64,000 nucleotides of DNA. Origin: Octopus bimaculoides. Taxonomy: Eukaryota. Both the position numbers and the translations under genes were made by a program. Positions 1-11,240 of the stretch are shown here, piece by piece (the stretch's first letter is position 1; the number at the start of each line of letters is the position of its first letter). The notes beneath the pieces were generated by a model. That model saw nothing but the letters and a program-made list of their open reading frames with translations. It was not told the origin of the DNA and made no database searches. Location of the stretch: NCBI RefSeq assembly GCF_001194135.2, contig NC_068984.1, forward strand, positions 85,527,073 through 85,591,072. Direction: 5' to 3'.

Positions 1-187
1 CATTCGCAAATTAAACACCAACTTGTTTGGGCTGCTCATGCATACTCTCAAACGAATCTGAAGACAAGCATGGACGTTTCGGACAAATTTATGAAAATTC
101 TTTGGACAGGAAAAATAGTAACAAGTTGCAAAGCATTACCTAAACATTTTGCGTTCAAATCCCGCTTCTATCGCTTTTGCCATTCAT

Positions 188-232
<45 letters not shown>

Positions 233-751
233 ACACGACTATAAATTTTGATATATTGTTGGGCAATATTAAAAGATCTTTTAGAATCTTTTAATCTACA
301 GCTTACGAACATATTTATTTGGGACATTAACAGATTAAGCCTTTTGAAGGGAGGTCATCTTGCATTCTCTCATAATTCCTTCACCTATAAAATTTGAGCT
401 ATTGGGGTATAACGTGAACACTGTTCAACAGGTAAAACTTTTGGTGAGTGAAATCGTGGAATTCTGTTCGATTTCTCTCATTTCAGTTTTGCTGATAGTA
501 GTCCTTAGTAAGTAATGAACATCACAACTTTCTATTTTCAATCTCGCATTAAAAAAAAAGACTTTATTTTGCTCCAAAGAATTAACATTAAGGTAATCTT
601 TTGAGTTTAGTACATGAAACGTGACAAATTCGCGTGTTAGATAAAGTGGGGAATTTTTAATATCATCACAAAGGCAAGTAGTTTTTCAATAAATTGATTT
701 AAATTTCCTATTACATGTATTGTTTTTTTTTTTTTTTTTGTATAAGTTTAC

Positions 752-857
752 TCGCTGCAACGTCCCGGCAAACTAAATCGATAACCAGGTTTCGAAATCC
801 GATTGAAGCTATTTGTTTTTTCACTTCACAAGCATTAATCCCTACAGGTGAAAGTTC
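752..857 (-). other. Candidate internal exon (ELSPVGINACEVKKQIASIGFRNLVIDLVCRDVAA), product unknown
   Basis: Minus-strand acceptor tgtgtttgttttag|G at 857, donor GCGA|GTAAAC at 752; only one of three frames is open (phase 0 in, phase 1 out). No homology recognised. Confidence 0.3.
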
Positions 858-1322
858 CTAAAACAAACACACACAGTGTGACAATATGCTATTTTCTTTA
901 CTTGTCCGTTATAAGTAGTATTAGTTTGTGGTAATTGATGAAAACTGAATTTTCGTACTGACCCGTCGACAGCCAATTAAAAAAAATCAAATTTACTACG
1001 ATACTGTTTATAGTCAAAATTTTAAAATAAGTTTATCATTATATTAGTTGTAGTTTCGTGAGACAGGTAGACGAAGTAGGTCACTATTATCACAGAATTC
1101 TTTCCTTCGAAAACTGATTCAGTGATCACATTTTCCGCCTCCCACTCTAATTAATTTGAATTCATATATGCCTTCTATTATCATTATTATAAAATAGTTT
1201 TTGAATGAGAAAAATCATCCAACGAATTTCTTTAAAAGAAGTTTTGCATTTTCATATTAGCAATGAGCACGAAGTTATACATTTTCGCTTAATGTTATCT
1301 AGACACATACAGGGAACATGTG

Positions 1323-1364
1323 GGTACTACTAAAGCAGCGCGTCCGCGCTGCTTTAGTAGTACC
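1323..1364. mobile_element. 42-bp perfect palindrome flanked by a 9-bp direct repeat (minimal MITE or transposon relic)
   Basis: GGTACTACTAAAGCAGCGCG-tc-CGCGCTGCTTTAGTAGTACC; GAACATGTG at 1314-1322 and 1365-1373. Confidence 0.7.
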
Positions 1365-2034
1365 GAACATGTGTGTGTGTCTTACCTGAGATTTTTTATA
1401 CATGTGGCCCCCATGTATTTGCTTTCGCTATATATCTATTTATATATACATGTGTGTGTGTTTAAACTTTAACGTTATTCAGACACTTTATTCATTTACG
1501 AAGCTTCATGACTTTAACACTCTCCCCGTCCCAAATATTTTCCTACGCTTGTCCTAAACGAAAGCATAAATCCCAAGTTAATCTGGTGATCGAAAAATAA
1601 ATTGGGAATGTGTATCATATATGATGCATGGATGCCAGGCAAAATGTCCTGTGTATCATGATAAACGGGACAGAAAAAAAAAATGGTTAATAATTAGAAT
1701 TTTCTGTTTTAATAAACATGCACTCTATATAAAGCTGTTCGCCGTTGGGATAAAAACAAACAAAAACCGTACTGCAAACTTAGATGGTGTTGGAGTGAGT
1801 AGTGACAGGACAGGTTGTGCCACGCCCGAGACTAGATATTGATCGTCGCTACTTTATGCGCACACTTGACGCTAATTTACTAAAATGCCTTTGAAAAACG
1901 CTTATATGTGACTACTTATTTTCTTGAGTCTCCTTTCCCTATTCTACATGTACTTGATAGTTTTTGTCGCATGTGGCCGGAACACGTGAATTATATTTAA
2001 CGACGTTTGATTGTTTCATTATTATGTGTATATT

Positions 2035-2200
2035 AAGGCGGCGAGCTGGAAGAATCGTTAGCTCGCCGGGTAAAATGCTTAGCAGCATTTCGTTCGTCTT
2101 TACGATCTGAGTTCAAATTCCGCCGAGGTCGACTTTGCTTTTCATCCTTTTGGTTTCGGTGTAATCGAAATTGCTGACTTTGTGTCAAAATTTGAAACCA
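2035..2200 (+). mobile_element. tRNA-derived SINE, family A (partial)
   Basis: aaggcggcgagctgg...gagttcaaattccgccgaggtcgactttgc; matches many other copies in the window. Confidence 0.85.
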
Positions 2201-2694
2201 TTATTACGTGTATTATAACATTGTACACGATGGGATGGTGGATATATATATATATATATATATATATACGAGAAAGTCAGAGGTAACGGGCCTGTAATCC
2301 TGTAATCGCGTTCACTACATTCGGTGTGTTCTCATAGCCGGTTATAATATATACATGCACCCGTGTGTGTGTGTGTGAAGCAGTATTTGAAGCATTAATA
2401 AATTAAATATTTAGCAGTATTTAGTTATGTTCCTCTTCTAATATCTTCACCACTTAGTATCGATTCAGTCGTCTATATAGCTACGCTTCCTCTTGAAATA
2501 AACGTATCTGTTAAATGCTGCGTTTTAAGTTCAAATCCAACCAGGTTTTGTCTTTGCTTTTCCAAAGGAGGACAACAAAAGTTAGAGCTGATAACTTGTA
2601 TATTACAGATGGTGACATTTTGGTCGAACAGATTTATGATCAAAAATATTCCAGCCATGACTATCCTGTCTTCTTGTAAATCAGCATCAGTTGG

Positions 2695-3055
2695 GTATAG
2701 GCGCAATCGTTGCTGTGTTGAGATGTTCCGCGTTCTGTCCCACTTTGGAGAAGTGTCTTCTCCAATAGCTTCAGGCCGACCAAAGCACTGAGAGTGGATT
2801 TGGTAGGCGGAAACTGAAAGAAGCTAGTCGAATATCTGCGTGTCTGTGTTTGTCCCCTACCATAGCTCGATAACCGGTGTTGGTTTGTTTACGTGTCCGT
2901 TACTTAGCGGTTCCGCAAAAAGACCAATACAATAGGTACCAGGATTTAAAAAAGAAAAAGTCGGGGGGGGGTCGATTCGTTCGACTAAGACCTTTCAAGG
3001 CGGTGCTCCTTCCAGCATGGCCGCAGTCCAATGACTGAAACCTCTAAATAGTAAA
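2695..3055 (+). mobile_element. tRNA-derived SINE, family B
   Basis: tRNA-like head, gcaagtgtcttct core, ggatttggtag(a/g)cggaaactgaaagaag, tail ggcggtgctcc...cagcatggccgcagtc; multi-copy. Confidence 0.85.
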
Positions 3056-3172
3056 AGGGTGTGTGATAATGCAGGCGATTTGGTTACCATTTCCAACCGT
3101 AGAGACTCGCTAACTCCGTTTGTCTTGGTTGATAATCACGTGATACCTAATCTATTTCTGAAAATATAGTAC

Positions 3173-3208
<36 letters not shown>

Positions 3209-4099
3209 ACTATGATAGTTGAGAAATCTATACAAAAGTTGTTAAATTTCAATAGCCTTTTTGCATATATGGATGGCAGCTGGTAAGGCTTTTTTTATTT
3301 TATTTTATTTTTTTGTCATGTTTTGACTACCGCTTTTATAAGTTCTCAGTAAATACTTATATTGAGGATTAGGACGGTAGCAATCTTGACTGCCACTCTG
3401 TGTGTGGAAAGGGGAACCTGCATTCAAACGGGTCACAGTTAGTTGGTTGTCAGTTGAATATATTGACTATACATACGTTTCTGTATCTAGTAGGTGTGGC
3501 TTTACACGTGTGTGTATGTGTATGTTTCATATATGTATCTATGTGATTTTAAAAATAGCATCCGGGTGACCCTGTGGGAGGATCTACCTGGTCGCATGAT
3601 CAGCTAGAAATAGCAACTAAATATACCTATCGACTATTAAACTAAATGATTCCTAGATATTCTGCACAGATAAAAACACTGGATAGTTGTTGTTTTTCGA
3701 CTTAGACTGCCTTATTGCTACGTAAACAGTAGCAACACCAATGGGAGTTTCTACTCTAGAGTGAAGTGAGTGCTAGCATACTTGATACAGTGAACCAAGA
3801 ATGACTGTGATCTTTTGTATTTTAGGACAACTCAGAACATGTTTCGCTCTTATTAGTTTTCCTTCGTGAAGCGTCGTCTAACTAAGACTAAGGCACTTCT
3901 TGCAGTACTGTAGTGTCATCCTCAAAGATTTAGTTGAAGAGATCGAAGACAGTACTTATTGTACCGCACTCTTCTTGTCGAACTGCAACCAAACCAGATT
4001 TCGTCGATTATTAATTTCTAAGGAGTAGATAAATATTCATAATATTGCTAATAATGTGTTTGTTTGGCTTTTTTTTCCCCCGTGATGACTTCATCTTTT

Positions 4100-4387
4100 A
4101 CTCATTTCAGTTATTAGACTGCGGTCATGCTGGAGCACCGCCTTCGAAACTTTCAGTCGAACGAATCGGCACCATTACTTTTTTGTTGTTGTTTTAAGCC
4201 TGATACTTATTATGTCGGTCTCCTTGCCGAACCGCTAAGTCACAGGGATGTAAGCATACCATCACCGGTTGTCAGGCAATGGGGGAAGAGCACACACACA
4301 CACACACACACACTCACAAAACGGGCTTCTTTCAGTTTTCGACGACCACATCCAATCATAAGTTTTTGGTCGGCCTGAGGATATTGT
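4100..4387 (-). mobile_element. SINE family B, truncated by gap
   Basis: Reverse-complement match to family B body and tail. Confidence 0.85.
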
Positions 4388-5047
4388 NNNNNNNNNNNNN
4401 NNNNNNNNNNNNNNNNNNNNNNNNNNNNNNNNNNNNNNNNNNNNNNNNNNNNNNNNNNNNNNNNNNNNNNNNNNNNNNNNNNNNNNNNNNNNNNNNNNNN
4501 NNNNNNNNNNNNNNNNNNNNNNNNNNNNNNNNNNNNNNNNNNNNNNNNNNNNNNNNNNNNNNNNNNNNNNNNNNNNNNNNNNNNNNNNNNNNNNNNNNNN
4601 NNNNNNNNNNNNNNNNNNNNNNNNNNNNNNNNNNNNNNNNNNNNNNNNNNNNNNNNNNNNNNNNNNNNNNNNNNNNNNNNNNNNNNNNNNNNNNNNNNNN
4701 NNNNNNNNNNNNNNNNNNNNNNNNNNNNNNNNNNNNNNNNNNNNNNNNNNNNNNNNNNNNNNNNNTTCGTTTCCTTTCGCCTTCGTCATCCATTCAGCGC
4801 TTTCCCTCCCAGGAACCCCGCATTAACTACTTGCAATTATTTCCATCTTTCTCATTTCACTGCCAGTAACTTCTAAATGTTTAAACAGGCACGACTGGTT
4901 AAGAAGCTCGTTTTGCAGCCTCGTGGCTTCGGGTTCGGTCCACTGCGCAGTATCTTGGACAAGTGTCTTCAATAGCCTTGGGTCGACCAATGCCTTGGGA
5001 GTGAATTTGTTAGACGGAAACTGCATGGAAGCTTGTGGATGTGTGTG

Positions 5048-5086
<39 letters not shown>

Positions 5087-6880
5087 CTCATCAAGAATCG
5101 CTTAGTTCGCCACCTTAGAAACGCCGAAAGAAAATAACATGAAACCCATGGAAATGTAAACAAAATGCTGTAGTCTTTTCTTTAAACATAATCTTGGAAC
5201 TGTATTATCCAATGTCTCAAGCTTAGTACAATGGAATTTAAGGGAGATTTGGCTGCTATAAGTAACACGTTGGGTCTCTCCCACTGATTCGTGTGAGTTA
5301 TATTATTGTGTCGTGGTTGGGAAAGAAATTCTGAAGTTTTTTGACTGGAGATACTTGGCAGAAGGTTAGCTTTGCTGATCTAGTGAGGCCGAAGGCATGC
5401 CCGCATTGTATTTGATGTAATGGGACTGAATAAAAGATATGACTACGGTTAGAACGGCTCTGATCCTAGCTCGGTTGGACCAGCACTGACGCCTTGCATG
5501 ACAAGCATAGTGGTAGGTCTTCTATGTGGTCATTCAACATGCCAGAAACAGCCAAATTTCTCTCAAACCAAACTCTGACGCCTTGAAATAAAAAGGAATG
5601 AACATACTGGATTATGTATTCCTAGCTACTTTATATTTGGGCGGTGGTTTGTTTCAGTCATTTGACTGCGACTATGCTGCGGCATTGTTTTGTATGGACA
5701 AAAAATATATGATCGTTACAACTGGAACATTTTTGATCATAAGCCGGTTTGCATGTGGACTGACCTGGGACTCAACAAGAACTATCTGTCCAACATGTAT
5801 TACATATAATTAGTTTACTGTTAAATACATAAAGCGTTTGTATGCAAGATATGAAGGTGCATGAGTCAGTGGTTAGAGCATCGCGAGGTTGTGAGTTCAG
5901 TTCCAGAACTATTGTGTGTTGTGTTCTTGAGCATGACACTTTCTTTCATGTTGCGTTTCCCGTAATGTAGCGGCGAAAAGACCGATAAAATAAGTGTCAG
6001 GCTTAAAAGATAAGTACTGTGGTTAATTCATTCGACTAAAAATTCCTGAAGGCCGTGCCTCAGTATGGTCACAGTTTAACAAGTAAAAGATATGTATTTT
6101 ATTACGTACAAAATTGAGACAGCCATTTGTCTAGGTCTCAAGAACAGAGAAAGTGAGTGGGGTTAGTGTTATGCCAGAGATCAACCCTGATCCACAGAGT
6201 GGTAATGAAACTTCTCTCTTCCTTTCTCTATACTATTTTCCCGTTCCCGATCATCTAACTCTCTCTCCCACTTAATATGCTACAAAGTATATTTAAACCT
6301 TTTTATAAATCTGTAATACTTCGACCATGCAAACCAAAGGAGATGGCGACGTAGAAGGGAAAAGGCTCCTTTTTACCATGTCGCACGGTCGAACACAAAA
6401 ATAAGTTATATAATAGATAGAAGGCTCATCGTGAGATACGAGCCATGGTGCCAGTAAAAGAACTTAGGACAAACTCAACCGTTAGATATATAATGAGAAT
6501 AAATTTATTGACATAGTGAAACTGTTTGTGTCTGTGCGCGCGTGCATGCGGGATATAAAATTAACACAGTAGATAAGTCAGGCCTTCGTGTACAAGAGAA
6601 GGTATACAACAATGTGAAGTGACGGACAGTCGTATAAGCAATAGTGTGTGTACAATATGTGAGTGTACAAGTGTGAGTGTGAATGAGAGGAACACAGAAT
6701 ATAGAAAGAGTGTCTGTAACATAGACAGTAAAAGGTCTCAAACACTGAGAATAGAGAAAACCAGTTCGTATAAGAGTTACACAAGGAGATAGAATGTTCA
6801 TACGCAGGAAGTTGTGGCTAAGGAGCAGAGCTGTAGTATCACAATATGTGTGTTGAGCGTCGAATGCTGTGACCGTTTAC

Positions 6881-7117
6881 CTGATACGGAATATTCTCGC
6901 TGGTTAGTTCTGACTGTTGCTCGTGAGTGGAAACATCCACTCAAACAGGGTCGAGATAAAACCGCGCTTGTTGATGTTGGTGTTGCTGGCGACGACAATG
7001 GTAGACAGTACATTGGTGGTGAAGACGTCGGCGCTGGAACTGGCTGTAGCTGTAGCTGTGTTCTGTATATGTGTGGTCAACGTCTAGACCTGTGAGAGAT
7101 CTGAAATCGGAGACAAT
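6881..7117 (-). other. Candidate first exon; possible coding start MYCLPLSSPATPTSTSAVLSRPCLSGCFHSRATVRTNQREYSVS (ATG at 7013, phase-1 end)
   Basis: Begins ~28 nt downstream of a canonical TATA box; donor TCAG|GTAAAC at 6881/6880; non-repetitive and CpG-rich. Peptide not recognised and could be a uORF. Confidence 0.5.
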
Positions 7118-7137
7118 TGCCGTCGTTGGATCGGGCT

Positions 7138-7275
7138 TATTTATAGGCGAAATAGGGTTCACCGGAAACGAAGAAAACTTCTTCTCACGTGACTTTAGCT
7201 GAAACCACGATTGGACGTAATGCCCCCTTAAGCAGAACATGGGGACAATTGCCGCACAAATAAGAACCAATCAGG
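7138..7275 (-). promoter_or_regulatory. Pol II core and proximal promoter
   Basis: TATAAATA (minus, 7145-7138), ETS-like CCGGAA 7162-7167, palindromic E-box TCACGTGA 7185-7192, CCAAT boxes at 7210-7214 (minus) and 7267-7271 (plus), Inr-like GCAATT near 7118. Confidence 0.65.
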
Positions 7276-7599
7276 ATGATGGATAGAAGGGTCCAAGGCA
7301 ACCGAAGGCTAGATGTTAGCAGCTTCGTTATCATTTATGATTGAATGTCCGAGAGAGGTTTCACTACAAATCAATACCGTGCACTACTGTGTTAGCAATG
7401 CACATAAACCACACGTTAAGGTCATCTCTGCAGATTTTCTATAGAAATTATAGCCAGCATCTCTGACGTTTCGGATATGAAACGTCGTGATAAAATCAGT
7501 GCTAGCTGTAATTCCTTTAGAAAATCTGTAGAAATGACCTGTCTTGTGTATGTAAGCATGAGCTAACAGGGGAGATCTTTATTTGGCTGCTAGACCCGA

Positions 7600-8010
7600 T
7601 GACTTGGATATGTTTCGGCCAAAGATTGGCCCAGGTGATGTCTAACTTGATAGGATCTGTTAAGTCATATGTATCCATGTAGGCAGCTTATCTGGTATCC
7701 CTTGAAGAAATTTGTCCAGGTTGAGTTTGAAGGTGATAAGATTTTTTTCTTCTTTGATTTGTTTTGGAATAATGTTAAAAAGAGCAGAGTCTGTTAAGGA
7801 AAAGAAATTGTGTTGCAACCACGCCCAAGTTATGTGCCAGGAGATAGCTAAACATGCTATAGAAAAGCAGCCATATTGACATATTTTGTTACTTTGATGC
7901 CATACTCGACTGCATCTGCTATTGTGTGTGTACTTCGTGAAAAGGTCGTAATTGTAATTTAATACACACCTACACTTTTTGTGGCAAAAGTGTCCGTAGT
8001 ACACCTACTG
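7600..8010 (-). mobile_element. CR1/L2-type LINE 3' remnant
   Basis: Translation ...LFNIIPKQIKEEKNLITFKLNLDKFLQGIPDKLP resembles the CR1-group ORF2 C-terminus (LFNxLP...FKxxLDxFLxxIPDxP). Confidence 0.75.
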
Positions 8011-8621
8011 ACTGATAGTACATCTAGTGTTGGTGGCCAGGTCGCAGATGAACGAGAGATAAAACGAAAGGGCAGAAAACATGCGTTTTATATTACCATC
8101 ACGACTTGAAATTTTGCTTAAGTGTGTATATGTGGGAGAAAGGATAGACTGACACACATAACGTTTACTTATGTATCGAACTGTCAGACGAAATATCTTA
8201 GTTATTAGTAATAAACTGGTGGAAATCCTCTACTGTCCACCTCCCGCTGATGCATATTGATTACTCCCCCCCCCTCTCTCTCTTTTATACACGCATTTAA
8301 ACATTTAACCTATATCGATATATAGATATACGTCTGAACATGCTTATGAAGGTGGCGTTAGTGACAACAAAAGTTGAGATTTGCGACTTCGTTGGTCACT
8401 GAAATGCTGTCGATAGGAAGCACTCAGTATTACAAAGCAAACGAACGGTGTCAATGTATAAATATACCGGTTAACTTCGCACATTGCCTTTGTTATTTTA
8501 TACCTTTGTTACTTTATACTTAGTTACTTTTACTACATAAATATATATATATATTTCAGTCGTGAAACTGAGGCCATGTCGGGGTACAACCCTGAAGTGA
8601 TTAGCAGAACAAATCAGCCCC

Positions 8622-8890
8622 TACAGGCATATGGCGTAGTGGTTAAGAACTCGGGCTACTAATCCCAAGATTCCGAATTCAATTCCAGGCAGTGACCTGA
8701 ATAATAATAATAATATGAAAAAATACCTTAGGAATGAGAACCCAGGTTTGAAATTTCCCCAAGACACCTGCTGAAGGCTGGAGGATATATCAGCCGAAAC
8801 GTTGTGTTAGCAACAAACAAGATGAGGACAAATATCCGTCAAATGTAAATAATGTACATAATTCCTCATCTCTTAAATATAGAACTGTAT
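8622..8890 (+). mobile_element. tRNA-headed, hammerhead-bearing SINE-like element with Penelope-like tail, inserted in a family B SINE
   Basis: A box TGGCGTAGTGG 8632-8642, degenerate B box GAATTCAATTCC 8675-8686, (AAT)n linker, hammerhead-like core 8763-8808, direct repeat AAATCAGCCCC at 8611-8621 and 8891-8901. Confidence 0.75.
8763..8808 (+). ncRNA. Minimal type I hammerhead ribozyme motif (this copy has A6->C, probably inactive)
   Basis: Stem I GACAC/GTGTT; core CTGCTGA; stem II GGCTG/CAGCC; GAAA; palindromic ACGT stem III; predicted cleavage triplet GUU. Confidence 0.65.
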
Positions 8891-9025
8891 AAATCAGCCC
8901 CAGTCCTTTTCATTGTTTCTTTAAAAACAAAGTCTAGTTTTTATTTTATCGGGCTCTTTTTGTCTAACTGCTAAGTTACGGGGGAGGAGCATAAACAAAG
9001 CAACACCGTGTGTCAAGTAGTGGTA

Positions 9026-9070
<45 letters not shown>

Positions 9071-9220
9071 GGTTATAAAACAAGGGGAAAACTGAACGTG
9101 ATCCAGCAGCATTCTCAAAGCCACTCACCTGATGATGTGCCGGTTCACAGCTACTTCGAGATCATATTTATTTATGTAATTGTTTATAAATTAATTTTTG
9201 AAATAGTACATGGAAAACTC

Positions 9221-9440
9221 AAGGCGGTGAGCTGGCAGAAACGTTAGCACGCCGGTCAAAATGCACAGCGGTATTTCGTCTGTCTTTTACGTTCTAAGTT
9301 CAAATTCCGCCGAGGTCGACTTTGCCTTAAATCTTTTCAGGGTTGATAAATTAAGTACCAGTTGTGTACTGGGTCGATCTAATCGACTGGCCCCCTCCCC
9401 CAAAATTTCGGGCTTTGTACCTAGAGTAGAAAAGAGTATA
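9221..9440 (+). mobile_element. SINE family A, near full-length and CpG-intact
   Basis: Complete head, body and tail (…ccccctcccccaaaatttcgggctttgtacctagagtagaaaag). Confidence 0.9.
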
Positions 9441-9984
9441 TGGAAAACTCAGCAATCAATAGCTGTTACCATTGCACAGAAACAATAGTTGTGATTTTTA
9501 ATTAAAGCTTGTTTATTCCATCTACTTGTTTCATGTGTATATAATAATTTACTCGTAATTATATATAAATTTGTAGGCTTCTTTCAGTTTTAGTCTACCA
9601 AACCCAAGATCCGTTCACAAGGCTTTTGTTAGCCCAGGGATATGTATAATACATGCATCCCTTCAACGCGTTTTAAGTTTCCATTTTCATGAAAACTTAT
9701 ATCACTGTCGTCACACTACTCTACCATATCCCCGCGACGCGACGACACCGCTTTATAGTCGCCGTTACGACACCGCCCACTATCACCCATTATTTCGACA
9801 ACCACCACTAACACCACCACTGCTACTTCCACAACAATCAACTGTAACAAAGCTAAACTATGGAATGGGATTGTCAAAAAACAAGTCTCCTATTATTGTC
9901 AAGCTTGGTGACCTCAATAGTTCACAAATTTTCCAACCTGTTTTGCTGAATATATTTCGTTTGTGTAAGTGGACGTCTTTGACT

Positions 9985-10126
<142 letters not shown>

Positions 10127-10474
10127 TACAACCATGAGAAAAGTGTATTAGTGTATTTAGGTAGTTTGTTTTGTACACACGTTCATAGGTGTAGGTGTGG
10201 CAATGTGATTAAGAAGCTTCCTTTTAATTATTGAGATTTGGTTTCAATCCTACTGTGAAACTTGGCAAGTCATATGTTATGAACTATAACTCTGGGTTAA
10301 AGCCTTGTGAGAGATTTGCAAGGTGGATACTGAATAAAGATTCATTCACCTTGCAAATCTCTCACAAGGCTTTCTTTGAGCCAATTATAGTTGATCAGAC
10401 TTTAAATATAACCTCATCAACAAATAACAAGAGGACATGCACATGGAATGTAGTAGTTTGACACTGGGTAAAAA

Positions 10475-10560
10475 GAGAGCTTTTAACGTTTCAGGAATAG
10501 CTCTTCATCAGAAAGGAAAACAGAAAAATCCAGAGAAGGGAAAATATCACCAACAGCACA
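10475..10560 (-). mobile_element. Penelope-like terminal fragment with degenerate hammerhead core
   Basis: Minus strand: cttt-CTGATGA-agagctattcct-GAAACGTT-aaaag. Confidence 0.55.
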
Positions 10561-10605
10561 TGAGCAGTTACACGGCTGAAGTTAAATATATATATATATA
10601 TATAT

Positions 10606-10761
10606 AGGCGCAGGAGTGGCTGCGTGGTAAGAAACTTTATTCCCAACATGTTCTGGATTCAGTTCCATGCACGGCACATTATGCAAGTGTCTTCTACTAT
10701 AGCCTCGGGCCAACCAAAGTCTTGAGTGGATTTGGTAGATAGAAACTGAAAGAAGCTCATC

Positions 10762-10795
<34 letters not shown>

Positions 10796-11240
10796 NNNNN
10801 NNNNNNNNNACATACCTACATATATATGTATATATACATGCATATAAGGGTATAGGACGTCAAAAAAGGTGAACAAAATGAGAAACAAGAACATAAAAAA
10901 CATGGAAAACACACTTTTTTTTTCGAACAACGAAAGAAACAAATAGAGAAACGAGACAGGCGACATAAAGAACATTCCCTTCATCAGTTGCCCCCTGTTT
11001 TATCTATTCACATACATATATATATATATATGTATGTATTTGTGTGTCTGTGTTTGTCTCCCCACCATCACTTGACAACTGATGTTGGTGTGCTTATGTC
11101 CCTGTAACATAGTGGTTCAACAAAAATGACCAATAAAATAAGTACCAGGTTTACAAAGAATAAGTCCTGGGGTCGATTAGTTCAACTAAAGGTGGTGCTC
11201 TTGCATGGCAGCAGTCAAATGACTGAAACTAGTAAAAGAT
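10606..11240 (+). mobile_element. SINE family B interrupted by (TA)n and a Penelope-like fragment (~10810-11010, minus, with CTGATGA half-core)
   Basis: Head at 10606, tail ...gtcaaatgactgaaactagtaaaag at ~11240; insert reads caggggggcaactgatgaagggaatg-like on the minus strand. Confidence 0.75.

Noticed and set aside
1-170. Tc1-like transposase fragment or host exon
   Set aside because: Only faint resemblance (SQIKHQL...), truncated by the window edge.
1726-1830. Promoter (TATATAAA plus GCCACGCCC)
   Set aside because: No Inr at the expected spacing on either strand and no convincing downstream exon; weak.
8626-8700. Functional tRNA gene
   Set aside because: No acceptor stem or T-run terminator and a degenerate B box; it is the head of a repeat.
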